64,000 bases of DNA. Source: an uncultured Solirubrobacterales bacterium. Its GTDB lineage: Bacteria; Actinomycetota; Thermoleophilia; Solirubrobacterales; Solirubrobacteraceae. Position 1 is the first letter of the stretch. Each line of letters starts with the position of its first letter. The stretch spans positions 504,298 through 568,297 of the forward strand of contig CAWFTK010000002.1 in NCBI GenBank assembly GCA_963818795.1, in the 5' to 3' direction. Shown here one piece after another: positions 8,833 through 17,877 of the stretch. The position numbers were made by a program, and so were the translations under genes. The notes under the pieces are model-generated. The model worked only from the letters and a program-made list of their open reading frames with translations, did no database searches and had not been told where the DNA came from.

Positions 8833-10011
8833 ATGAGTGAGCAGATCCCTTTCGCCAACTACCAGTACGAGATCTACCTGCGCGGGATGGGTGGACAGCG
8901 CCCGGCACGTCCCCTGGACTGGGAGTCGCTGGAGCGCGACGCGTACCGGCTGCTGGCGGACGGGCCGCGCGGCTACATCGCCGGTGGCGCGGGCCTCGGC
9001 GAGACGATGCGCGCCAATCGTGAGGCGTTCGATCACTGGCGCCTGCAACCGCGGATGCTGCGCGACGTATCGCAGCGCACGCTGGCGCGCACCCTGCTGG
9101 GCACACCGCTGCCGGCGCCGGTGCTGCTGGCACCGATCGGCGTGCAGACACTCGCGCACCACGAGGGGGAGCTCGCAATGGCGCGCGCGGCGGCCGAGGT
9201 GGGGATCCCGTTCATTGCGAGCACGGCGGCCTCGCATACGATCGAGCAGATCGCGCAGGCCGCGGGCGAGCTGCCGCGCTGGTACCAGCTCTACTGGCCG
9301 CGCGATCGCGAGTTGGCACGCAGCTTCGTGACGCGCGCCGAGCGGGCCGGTTACGAGGCGGTGGTGCTGACGCTGGATACGTGGATGCTGGGCTGGCGCC
9401 CGGCCGATCTGACGAATGCGTTCCTACCGTTCCTGTGGGCGGAGGGCAATCGCAACTATCTCGAGGATCCGGTCTTCCGCGCCGCACTACAGCAGCCTCC
9501 CGAGGAGAATATGCAGGCCGCGATCGGGCATTGGGCGTGGGAATTCTCAAACCCTGCGGTCACCTGGGACGATCTGGCGTTTCTGCACGAGATCACCGAG
9601 CTGCCGATCGTGCTGAAGGGCATCCTGCGCGCCGAGGACGCGAGCCTGGCGGTTGAGCACGGGGTCCAGGGAGTGATCGTCTCCAACCACGGTGGACGTC
9701 AGGTCGACGGAGCGGTGGGCGCGCTCGATGCGCTCCCCGGCGTCGTGGCGGCTGTCGACGGTCGCTGTGAGGTGCTGTTCGACAGTGGCGTGCGCTCGGG
9801 TGCGGATGCACTGAAGGCGCTCGCGCTGGGCGCGCGCGCGGTGCTACTCGGTCGCCCGTATATCTGGGGGCTAGCGCTCGGCGGAGCACAGGGAGTGGTC
9901 GAGGTTCTGCGCTCGTTCCTGGCGGACCTCGATCTCGCGATGGCGCTGAGCGGCTACGCCGCGATCGACGAGGTCGATGCGGACGCCTTGGTCGCCCAGC
10001 GGCTTCGCTGA
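8833..10011 (+). CDS. FMN-dependent alpha-hydroxy-acid oxidase/dehydrogenase (lactate 2-monooxygenase-like)
   Basis: YIAGGAG..ETMRANREAFDHWRLQPRML, VLKGI, VSNHGGRQVDG and DSGVRSG blocks of the FMN hydroxy-acid dehydrogenase family. ATG at 8833 after GGAGG. Confidence 0.85.
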   Translation: MSEQIPFANYQYEIYLRGMGGQRPARPLDWESLERDAYRLLADGPRGYIAGGAGLGETMRANREAFDHWRLQPRMLRDVSQRTLARTLLGTPLPAPVLLAPIGVQTLAHHEGELAMARAAAEVGIPFIASTAASHTIEQIAQAAGELPRWYQLYWPRDRELARSFVTRAERAGYEAVVLTLDTWMLGWRPADLTNAFLPFLWAEGNRNYLEDPVFRAALQQPPEENMQAAIGHWAWEFSNPAVTWDDLAFLHEITELPIVLKGILRAEDASLAVEHGVQGVIVSNHGGRQVDGAVGALDALPGVVAAVDGRCEVLFDSGVRSGADALKALALGARAVLLGRPYIWGLALGGAQGVVEVLRSFLADLDLAMALSGYAAIDEVDADALVAQRLR

Positions 10012-10012
10012 G

Positions 10013-10702
10013 CTACTTGCGCTTGGCTTGATGCTCGAGCACCTTGCCGAAGGCGCTCTCGAGCTGCGCGGTCATTCGTTGCTTGAACAGCGCGAGTAGC
10101 GCCTCGGAGGCCAGCGGCCGCAGTGAGCCGACCGCTTCGATCAGCTCGTCCCAGCGCTCGTCGGGCTGACCGGCCTGCTCGAAGGGCTCCCAGAGCTCTT
10201 TGAGGAACAGCTTCGTGAATGCGCGCGAGATCGATTCGCAGTCGCGGCTGACGCGCTCGACGAGTGCCAGTGCAGCGTGCAGCGAGATTCCGAGACCCAC
10301 GACCTGTTCGGCGGCTCCCAGCAGTGCGGGGCTGGGGACTTCAAAGCGTCCCTCGCCGAGCGGGACGAGCAGCTTGAGCTTGCGGATGCGCTCGACGTCC
10401 TTGGTATCGACGGGACCGAAGCGCTTCTCCAATTCCTCGCCGGTGATGACCTCCGGGGACTCGGACTCAAAGGGCGCGGTCACCGCGCGGCGCAGACCGA
10501 GCAGGCGCTCGGCGAGACCGTCCGATCCACTCAGCAGGCGCGCGATCGCGGCGAGGTTGAAGCCGTCGGCCTGCAGGTCGAGGATCAGCCGCAGCCGCGC
10601 GACGTGGTCGGCGTTGTAGTAGCCCACGCGTGCGCGCACCTCGGGCGGCGGCAGCAGGCCGCGGGTGTGGTGGTTGCGGATGTTGCGCACCGACATCCCC
10701 AC
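10013..10702 (-). CDS. MerR-family transcriptional regulator. The N-terminus is unresolved (see finding).
   Basis: GMSVRNIRNHHTRGLLPPP...YYNADHVARLRLILDLQADGFNLAAIARLL is a MerR HTH plus wing. The track start at 10702 is a GTG that cuts helix 1 of the HTH. Confidence 0.75.
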   Translation of the reverse strand: MGMSVRNIRNHHTRGLLPPPEVRARVGYYNADHVARLRLILDLQADGFNLAAIARLLSGSDGLAERLLGLRRAVTAPFESESPEVITGEELEKRFGPVDTKDVERIRKLKLLVPLGEGRFEVPSPALLGAAEQVVGLGISLHAALALVERVSRDCESISRAFTKLFLKELWEPFEQAGQPDERWDELIEAVGSLRPLASEALLALFKQRMTAQLESAFGKVLEHQAKRK

Positions 10703-10930
10703 CTCGGCCGCGAGCTGCTCGACGGTGAGGTCATAGCCGGTGGGGGAGGCCTCCCGTTTGGAGCCGACGGATCGTTGCGCTTTCCCCGCGGTGCCTCGAG
10801 GGTCTCTGAAGCGCTAGCCGCCATCGGTGATTTCAAGATACCATGTTTGACGTTCCCTCAAATGAGGTAGCATTGATCCAGGTTGCTATGAGTACCGTGC
10901 ATCTCAAATCAAATACTCAGCCGCCAGGAG

Positions 10931-12036
10931 GTGTTCGTGGCTGAGCGCGGAGCGGTTCCGCGCGTATCGGCGGGCCGGCGCCGAGCGCTGGGCCTGGTGC
11001 GCTCGTTCACCTCGCCGCTGCTGCCCGACGACTACCTGGAGCTGGTCAACCCGTTGTGGTCCACACGCGAGCTGCGCGGCCGCATCGAACGCGTCGAGCG
11101 CGAGACTCCCGAGGCGGTGTCGGTGCTGATCAAGCCCGGCTGGGAATGGCCGGGCCATCGCCCGGGGCAGTACCTGCGTCTGGGCATCGAGGTCGACGGC
11201 GTGCATCACTGGCGCGCCTACTCGCTGACCTCCGATCCGGGACGCGCGGACGGCTGCATCGCGATCACCCCAAAGCTCGTCGAGTGCGGCAAGGTCTCGC
11301 CCTTCTTGTTCGGCCGCGTGAAGCCGGGGGCGATCGTACGGCTGGGAGGCGTGGAAGGCACGTTCGTGCTGCCCGATCCGCTGCCGCGGCGGCTGCTGTT
11401 CATCAGCGCGGGGAGCGGGATGACGCCGATCATGAGCATGCTGCGCAGCCTCTCCGGCGAGCGCGCCTTGGAGGACGTGGTCCATGTGCACTGCGCCCGG
11501 AGCGCGGCCGGAGTGATCTTCGGTCGCGAGCTTCGCGAGCTCGACGCTCGCCACCCGGGATACCGACTGCACGAGCGCATCACCGGCGAGCAGGGGCGCG
11601 TGACCCCGGATCAGCTCGATTGGCTGTGCGCGGACTGGCGCGAGCGCGAGACGTTCCTGTGCGGGCCGGCGGGGCTGCTGGAGGCGATGAGCGAGCGCTG
11701 GCGGCTCGAGGGCGACCCCGAGCGTCTGCACGTCGAGCACTTCCAGCCCGACGTGCACGTCGGCGATGGCGCGCGCGGCGCGGGCGGCACGATCCACTTC
11801 TGCGCCAGCGACATCGAGGCTTCCAGCGACGGCGAGCAGCCGATCCTGCTGGCCGGTGAGAGGCGGGCCTGACCCTGCCGTACGGCTGTCGCATGGGCAT
11901 CTGCCACACCTGCGTCGGACGCCTGCGCGCGGGTCAGGTCCGCGATCTGCGCACCGGTCGCGTCCACGGCCAGCCCGGAGAGATGCTGCGTACCTGCATC
12001 AACGCGCCCGAGGGCGCGATCGAGATCGAGCTCTGA
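10931..12036 (+). pseudogene. ferredoxin reductase-type oxidoreductase (FAD/NAD-binding plus C-terminal 2Fe-2S domain), the Rv3230c-like partner of the desaturase. Frameshifted before the 2Fe-2S domain.
   Basis: FNR-like blocks (RAYSLTS, LLFISAGSGMTPIMSM) occur in frame 1, which stops at 11872. Reading from 11863 in another frame gives AGLTLPYGCRMGICHTCVGRLRAGQVRDLRTG...RTCINAPEGAIEIEL, ending at the stop at 12034-12036. Confidence 0.8.
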
Positions 12037-12124
12037 AACCGCTATCGAAGGATTCAGAACATGTCAGCTGTTCACAGCCCGCCGGCCGCCGCGCGACTCA
12101 ACGAGGTCGAGGGGCCGCCGCCGC

Positions 12125-13351
12125 ATGCCGTCACACCCGCTGTCACACCTGAGCCGACGCCCAGGCCGCCGGCGGATCCGAGCGGGGGAGCTCGAGAGCC
12201 CTCTGGCACGCCTCACCGCGGCCCAGATCGAGCAGCTCGGTCGCGAGTTCGACGCGATCCACGACGAGGTCTTCGCGGATCTCGGCGAGCGCGACTCGCG
12301 CTACATCCGCAGCACGATCAAGCTGCACCGCGAGCTCGTGCTCGCGGCGCGCGCGCTGCTGATGCGGCTCGCGCTACAAGCCGCTGTGGCTCGGCGGCAC
12401 GGCGGCGCTGTCGGTGGCGAAGATCCTCGAGAACATGGAGATCGGCCACAACGTGATGCACGGGCAGTGGGACTGGATGAACGATCCGGACATCAACTCG
12501 CAGAGCTGGGATTGGGACACCGCCTCGCCGGCGGACGCGTGGCGGCACTCGCACAACTACGAGCACCACACGTTCACCAACATCCGCGGCAAGGATCGCG
12601 ACCTCGGCTACGAGATCATGCGCATCGACCCGCACCAGAAATGGCACCCGGTCTACCTGCTGCAGCCGCTTTACAACCTGCTGCTGATGGGCTTCTTCGA
12701 GTGGGGCGTCGCGCTGCACGACCTCAACCTCGGCGCGATCCACTCCGGCGAGAAGTCCAAGCAGCAGGTGCTCGCGGAGCTGAAGGCGATCGGCCTGAAG
12801 GCGCGCCGGCAGATCGTCAAGGACTACATCGCCTTTCCGCTGCTCTGGCCGCCCTCGCGGCGCTCGCCTCCGGACGATCTGGATCGCTCTCCCAGCGCAG
12901 GGTCACCGCGCGGCAAAGTTTCAAGTCGACGCTCGCCGCGAATTTCACCGCCAACATCGTGCGCAACGTGTGGGCGTACTCGATCATCTTCTGCGGACAC
13001 TTCCCCGACCAGACCTACACGTTCAGCCAGCAGGAGGTCGAGAACGAGACGCGTGGCGGCTGGTACGTGCGCCAGCTGCTCGGCTCGGCCAACATCGACG
13101 GCGGACCGCTCTTTCATCTGCTCGCCGGCAACCTCAGCTTCCAGGTCGAGCATCACCTCTACCCCGACATGCCCTCCAGCCGCTACGCCGAGATCGCACC
13201 GCGCGTGCGCGACATCTGCCGTCGCTACGGGCTGCCCTACAACACCGGACCGCTGCACAAGCAGCTCGGCACGGTGCACCGCACGATCCTCCGCCTGGCA
13301 TTCCCGGGCGGCAAGCCGCGGCCGAAGCCGGGGCCTTACAAGCCCTCCTAG
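12125..13351 (+). pseudogene. desA3: membrane acyl-CoA/lipid fatty-acid desaturase (DesA3-like) interrupted by two frameshifts. Frame segments: about 12125-12364, 12366-12845 and onward to 13351.
   Basis: All three His boxes are present but spread over two frames: HNVMHGQ and HSHNYEHH in the 12414 frame, QVEHHLYPDMP in the 12125 frame. It is colinear by eye with Mycobacterium DesA3 (LTxxQIExLGxExDAI..., AKILENMEIGHNVMHGQWDWMNDP, STLxANxxANxVRNVW..IFCGHFP). Confidence 0.8.
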
Positions 13352-13420
13352 CTTCGCGCGCACCTGCTGCGCGTAGGCGCCGACGCTGGCGCGCGGGGCG
13401 GCGGGGCTAAGATCGCGGCG

Positions 13421-14361
13421 GTGGCGGAGCTCGCTCATCACATCGCGAGCTTCGCGCGCTTTGCGGCGGCTCGCAAAGCGCGCGAAGGCGAGGACGCCGA
13501 CGCGATGCGCGAGCTGGCGGCGCACCCGCTCGAATTGGCGCGGGGTCTCGAGCTGGAATGGCTGGGAGTCGCGGGCTACCGCCTCAGCTACGAGGGACAG
13601 ACGCTCTATATCGACCCCTATCTCTCGCGGGTGCCGCTGGCGAGTGTGATCCGTCGCAGGCCGGCACTGGCGGACCCGGCGCTGCACGAGCGCTACCTGC
13701 GCGCGCCGGGGCGCGTCGCCGGTGTGCTCGTCGGCCACACGCACTTCGACCACGCGATCGACGTGCCGGCGATCGCGCGTCGCTGCGAGTGCGCGGCGTA
13801 CGGCTCGAGCTCACTGGTGGCGCTGATGCGCCTCCACGGCCTCGCCGAGCGCGCCGTCGAAGTGCAACCGGAGCACCGCTACGAGCTCGGCCCGTTCGTC
13901 GTGACGTTCGTTCCGAGCCTGCACTCCAAGCTGCTGCTCGGCTTCGCGGTGCCGTTCGACGGCGAGTTCACCTGCGAGCATCTCGACGCGCTGACCCCCT
14001 CGGCGTACCGCTGCGGGCAGGTGTGGGGCATCCACATCGAGGTCGCCGGGATGACCTTCTACCACCAGGGCAGCGCGAACCTAATCGACGAGGCGCTGCG
14101 CCACAGCGAGGTCGACGTGTTCCTGGCGGGCATCGCCGGGCGCAGCTTCACGCCGGATTACTGGGAGCGGATCCTGCGGCGCCTGCGACCGCGGACGATC
14201 GTGGCGAGCCACTTCGACGATTTCTTCCGACCGCTGGACGCCGCGATGGGGTTCTCACCAACGTCAACCTGGCCGCTGTCCCCGAAGAGGTCGCGAGGGT
14301 GGGCCGCGACTTCGCCGTTGCGACGCTGCCGCTGCTGGAGCCCGCGAGGTCGGTCGGCTGA
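13421..14361 (+). pseudogene. MBL-fold metallo-hydrolase; the C-terminal about 35 aa lie in a second frame
   Basis: LEWLGVAGYRL...LYIDPYLSR and the HTHFDH metal motif. The frame breaks after DAAMGF (about 14254) and continues as LTNVNLAAVPEEVARVGRDFAVATLPLLEP, ending at 14361. Confidence 0.7.
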
Positions 14362-14380
14362 TCGGCTCCCGCGAACCTCT

Positions 14381-14986
14381 ATGCTCGGGCGCCTATTGAG
14401 CGCGGACCGCGAATCGCCACAAAGGCCCGCGCCCGGAGGCCCCTGGGCGCGCTCCTCGCGGTTCTGGCTCGCCTCCGAGCGGGATCTGCGCGGCCTTTAC
14501 TACAAGCACTTCGGCGACCGCCGCAAGGAGCGCCAGCTGTTCTCGACCGGCTCGTTCTTCACCACGTTCGTGACGGTGCGCGTCATCACGCACGCGATCC
14601 GCGCCGAACGGGGACCGTTTCGGAACATCACGCCGGGCGGCCGGCACGTCCACCACATGACGCTCGGCATCGCGGGCCTGCTGGCGGTCGGCTACCTGTG
14701 GATGCTCGAGATCGGCATCAACGAGGAACGCTGGGGCTCGCGGGCGACGGCCTGCGCGTACGGCAGCGGTGCGGCGCTCACCCTCGACGAGTTCGCGCTG
14801 TGGCTGAACCTGGAAGACGTCTACTGGGCCAAGCAGGGTCGCGAGAGCATCGACGCCGTGGTGCTCTTCGGCTCGCTGCTCAGCTTGAGCGTCCTCGGTA
14901 AGGGCTTCCTCGCCGAGCTCCTGCGGACCGGAGGCGCGAAGTCGCCGGTCGCCCCGCCGCCGCCGTCCGATCCGCCGCCGGCCTGA
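14381..14986 (+). CDS. hypothetical integral membrane protein
   Basis: ATG at 14381 within the 13421..14986 track ORF. About 4 predicted hydrophobic helices (FFTTFVTVRVITHAI, MTLGIAGLLAVGYLWML, AALTLDEFALWL, VVLFGSLLSLSVL). The family is not recognised. Confidence 0.5.
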   Translation: MLGRLLSADRESPQRPAPGGPWARSSRFWLASERDLRGLYYKHFGDRRKERQLFSTGSFFTTFVTVRVITHAIRAERGPFRNITPGGRHVHHMTLGIAGLLAVGYLWMLEIGINEERWGSRATACAYGSGAALTLDEFALWLNLEDVYWAKQGRESIDAVVLFGSLLSLSVLGKGFLAELLRTGGAKSPVAPPPPSDPPPA

Positions 14987-15056
14987 GCCCGCGCACCGGG
15001 GCATCGCGAGCGCTACAGATCGTGACCGGCACGGCGGGGATTGCTAGCGTGGGTCG

Positions 15057-15977
15057 ATGCCCCGCCGCTGGCCAAGCGTGTCCTATGAGACGTGGAGCGA
15101 GACCTGCGAGACGCTGCACGCGCACACGCAGGTGCTCGGCAAGTTCGCGGTGGCGCTCGCCCCGCCCGAGCCCCAGCTCCAGCACGCGGCGCTGCGGCTG
15201 AGCGCGCGCGGCTGGGAGACCGCGCCGCTGCCGGCGCCCGACGGCTCGGGGTCGCTGGTGCTCGCGCTCGACCTGCACGCACACGAGGCCGTGGTCGAGC
15301 ACAGCGACGGGGAGGTGCGGCGCGTGCCGCTGGGCCCCGACCGGCCGGTCGGCGAGGTCACGCGTGGATTGCTCGCAGCCGCGCGCGAGCTGGCGGGCGA
15401 GGTCGCGATCGATCCCACCCCGCAGGAGGTGTCGTGGAGCGTGCCGCTCGACGAAGACGACGAGCACCGACGTTATGACCCGGACCGGGTCGCCGCCTAC
15501 TTCGCCGCGGCGACGCGGGCGGCGCTCGTGCTGGCAGCGTTCCGCGCGCCCTATCGCGGACGCTCGACGCCGGTCAACGCGTGGTGGGGCTCGTTCGATC
15601 TAGCGGTGAACCTCTTCTCGGGTGAGCCCGCGGATCCACCGTCGAAGGACTTCATCATGCGCAACGCGATGGACGCCCAAGAGGTCGCCGTCGGCTGGTG
15701 GCCCGGCGACGGACGCTACGCGAAGGCCGCCTTCTACGCCTACGCGCACCCCGCGCCGGAGGGGTTCGCCGCGGCGACGCTCGCACCCGCGGCGGCACGC
15801 TGGGAGGGCACGCTGGGGGAGTACGTGCTCGATTGGGATGACGTCATCGCCAGCCCCGACCCGCACGCCGTCGCGCTCGACTTCGCGCGCTCCGCGTTCC
15901 GTCATGCCTGTGAGGTGTGCGCGTGGGATCCGGCGCTGCCGGCGAGCGCCGAGGGGAAACCGCCGCCGGTCATGTGA
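15057..15977 (+). CDS. conserved hypothetical protein (DUF5996-like)
   Basis: 306-aa ORF with ordinary composition. WSETCETLHAHTQVLGK and NAWWGSFDLAVNLFSG blocks resemble what I remember of DUF5996. Confidence 0.6.
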   Translation: MPRRWPSVSYETWSETCETLHAHTQVLGKFAVALAPPEPQLQHAALRLSARGWETAPLPAPDGSGSLVLALDLHAHEAVVEHSDGEVRRVPLGPDRPVGEVTRGLLAAARELAGEVAIDPTPQEVSWSVPLDEDDEHRRYDPDRVAAYFAAATRAALVLAAFRAPYRGRSTPVNAWWGSFDLAVNLFSGEPADPPSKDFIMRNAMDAQEVAVGWWPGDGRYAKAAFYAYAHPAPEGFAAATLAPAAARWEGTLGEYVLDWDDVIASPDPHAVALDFARSAFRHACEVCAWDPALPASAEGKPPPVM

Positions 15978-16101
15978 GGGGACGCTCGCTACTCCCATAC
16001 AGAAGGGCGAAGTCGGGCGTCCCGCCGTTGCGATAGCGGGCTGATGCTGTAGCCTGCGACTCCCGGTAGACAGAATCGTTCTCTTGAAGGGCGGCCGTAG
16101 G

Positions 16102-17658
16102 ATGAGCGACTTCGTGGAGGGTGCTGAGCGAGCGGCGCTGCGCGCTGTGGCTCACCTGCTGCCGGCGAAGTGGCGTAGGATCATCGACTTGGTCGGCGCT
16201 CCGATTCCGCCGACGCCGGCGAGGACGATGCCGGCGCCGGCCGATCCCGTCGCGGCGCGAGTGGGGCAGATTGAGCATGTGGTAGTCGTGATGCTCGAGA
16301 ACCGCTCGTTCGATCACATGCTCGGTTATCTCTCGCTGCCATCCGAGCAGGGCGGCAAAGGCCGGGCCGACGTCGATGGGTTGACGGGCCCCGCTGAGAA
16401 TCTCAACACCTTTGCGGGTGGCTCCTACCCGATCCACCATCTCACGCGAACGGCTTTCAGCGGCGAGGCCGAAGATCCCGATCACTCCGGACACTCGGTC
16501 GACGAGCAGCTCGCCGATGGCGGCAACGGATTCGTGAGTAACTTCGCGCGTATCTCTCAAGCCCGCGCCGCCAAGCTGGGCGTCCCCGCACCGGAACCGG
16601 GGCTCGTGATGGGTTACTACGACGCCGACGATCTGCCCGTCTATGACCATCTCGCAGCCGAGTACTGCGTGGTCGACAGGTGGTTCAGCTCGGTGCCGGG
16701 CGCCACCTGGCCGAATCGTCTTTACTCGGTCGCCGGCCGCGCGGCGGGCAGTCGCGATGACAGCTCGCCGCCGATCTACGCCCTGCCGAGCTTTGCGCGC
16801 TATCTCGATCGGCACGACGTCGACTGGCGCTGGTACTCGTTCGACCCGGGCACCCTGCGAGCGATCGACCCCGAATATCGCCTCAGCAATCATCACCACT
16901 TCTCATTCCTCGACTCGCGCAAGCTGAGCACAGACGAACGCGCGGTGGGCGAGCTCACCGAGGAGGGCCCGTCCTTCCTAGACGACGTCGCCGCCGGCAA
17001 GCTCCCAGCGGTCAGCTGGGTCGATCCCCGCTTCAAGGATCTCCGCGTGCTCGGTCCCGACTCCAACGACGACCACCCGCCGAGCGATGTGCTTGCCGGA
17101 CAGGATCTGATCCTGACGATCTACCACGCTCTGAGCTCGGCCGAAACCTGGGCGAAGACTCTCCTGATCCTTGTCTACGACGAGCACGGCGGCTTCTACG
17201 ATCACGTCGCGCCCCCGGCCGCGGTGGACGACGAGCACGAGTTCCAGCGCCTGGGGGTGCGCGTGCCCGCCCTCCTCGTCTCGCCGCTGGTCGCGCGCGG
17301 ATCCTCTGCCACCGCTCTGCTGGGCCCGGACGTCCACTTCGACCACGCTTCGATCATCAAGACGATCCTGATGCGATTCTGCAATGTCGATGGGAGGATC
17401 CCGGCGCCGACGGCGCGTGTCGCGGCGGCGCAGCACCTCGGACATCTCCTGACCGACTCGGCGCCCGCTCGCGGTGTGGTCGACCATGGCGCGCTTGCGG
17501 AGCGCATGGTGCAGGCCCGCCGCGCCTGGGCGGAGGCCCGCTTTGAGAACCCCACTGCGGCCGCGAGGCCGCCGGGGCGCCTCACGGACTTTCAGACCGG
17601 CTTCTATGACATGGCGCGTCTGCTGCGCCGCGCCGGTCTACCGGGCGGGCATCCCTAG
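16102..17658 (+). CDS. phosphoesterase family protein (phospholipase C / acid phosphatase, PF04185-like)
   Basis: HVVVVMLENRSFDHMLGYL, DDHPPSDV and LVYDEHGGFYDHV motifs. Likely ATG at 16102. Confidence 0.85.
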   Translation: MSDFVEGAERAALRAVAHLLPAKWRRIIDLVGAPIPPTPARTMPAPADPVAARVGQIEHVVVVMLENRSFDHMLGYLSLPSEQGGKGRADVDGLTGPAENLNTFAGGSYPIHHLTRTAFSGEAEDPDHSGHSVDEQLADGGNGFVSNFARISQARAAKLGVPAPEPGLVMGYYDADDLPVYDHLAAEYCVVDRWFSSVPGATWPNRLYSVAGRAAGSRDDSSPPIYALPSFARYLDRHDVDWRWYSFDPGTLRAIDPEYRLSNHHHFSFLDSRKLSTDERAVGELTEEGPSFLDDVAAGKLPAVSWVDPRFKDLRVLGPDSNDDHPPSDVLAGQDLILTIYHALSSAETWAKTLLILVYDEHGGFYDHVAPPAAVDDEHEFQRLGVRVPALLVSPLVARGSSATALLGPDVHFDHASIIKTILMRFCNVDGRIPAPTARVAAAQHLGHLLTDSAPARGVVDHGALAERMVQARRAWAEARFENPTAAARPPGRLTDFQTGFYDMARLLRRAGLPGGHP

Positions 17659-17877
17659 AAGCGCCAACGGTGAGCGCCCTCGAGGCGGCTCGGAAGTATC
17701 CGACAGGTATCCGAGGCAAAGAAAGCTGTTCGCAGTCGGAAACATTCGGCTAATCGGTCACAGATTCTTTACTCCTCCGTGCGATCTGGGCCTACCCTTT
17801 CGTAAGCAAGAAATGGTGACTTATGAGAATATTCTGCTAGCTGGTACTTAGATCGCTCGCGTCTGAGCGCGCGCTCT

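Noticed and set aside
12061-12124. ATG at 12061 with a GAAGGA SD as an alternative desaturase start.
   Set aside because: It is in a third frame (MSAVHSPPAAARLNEVEGPPP...) and would need yet another frameshift to reach the conserved LTAAQIEQLG block. The in-frame ATG at 12125 is sufficient. It is kept as a possibility only.
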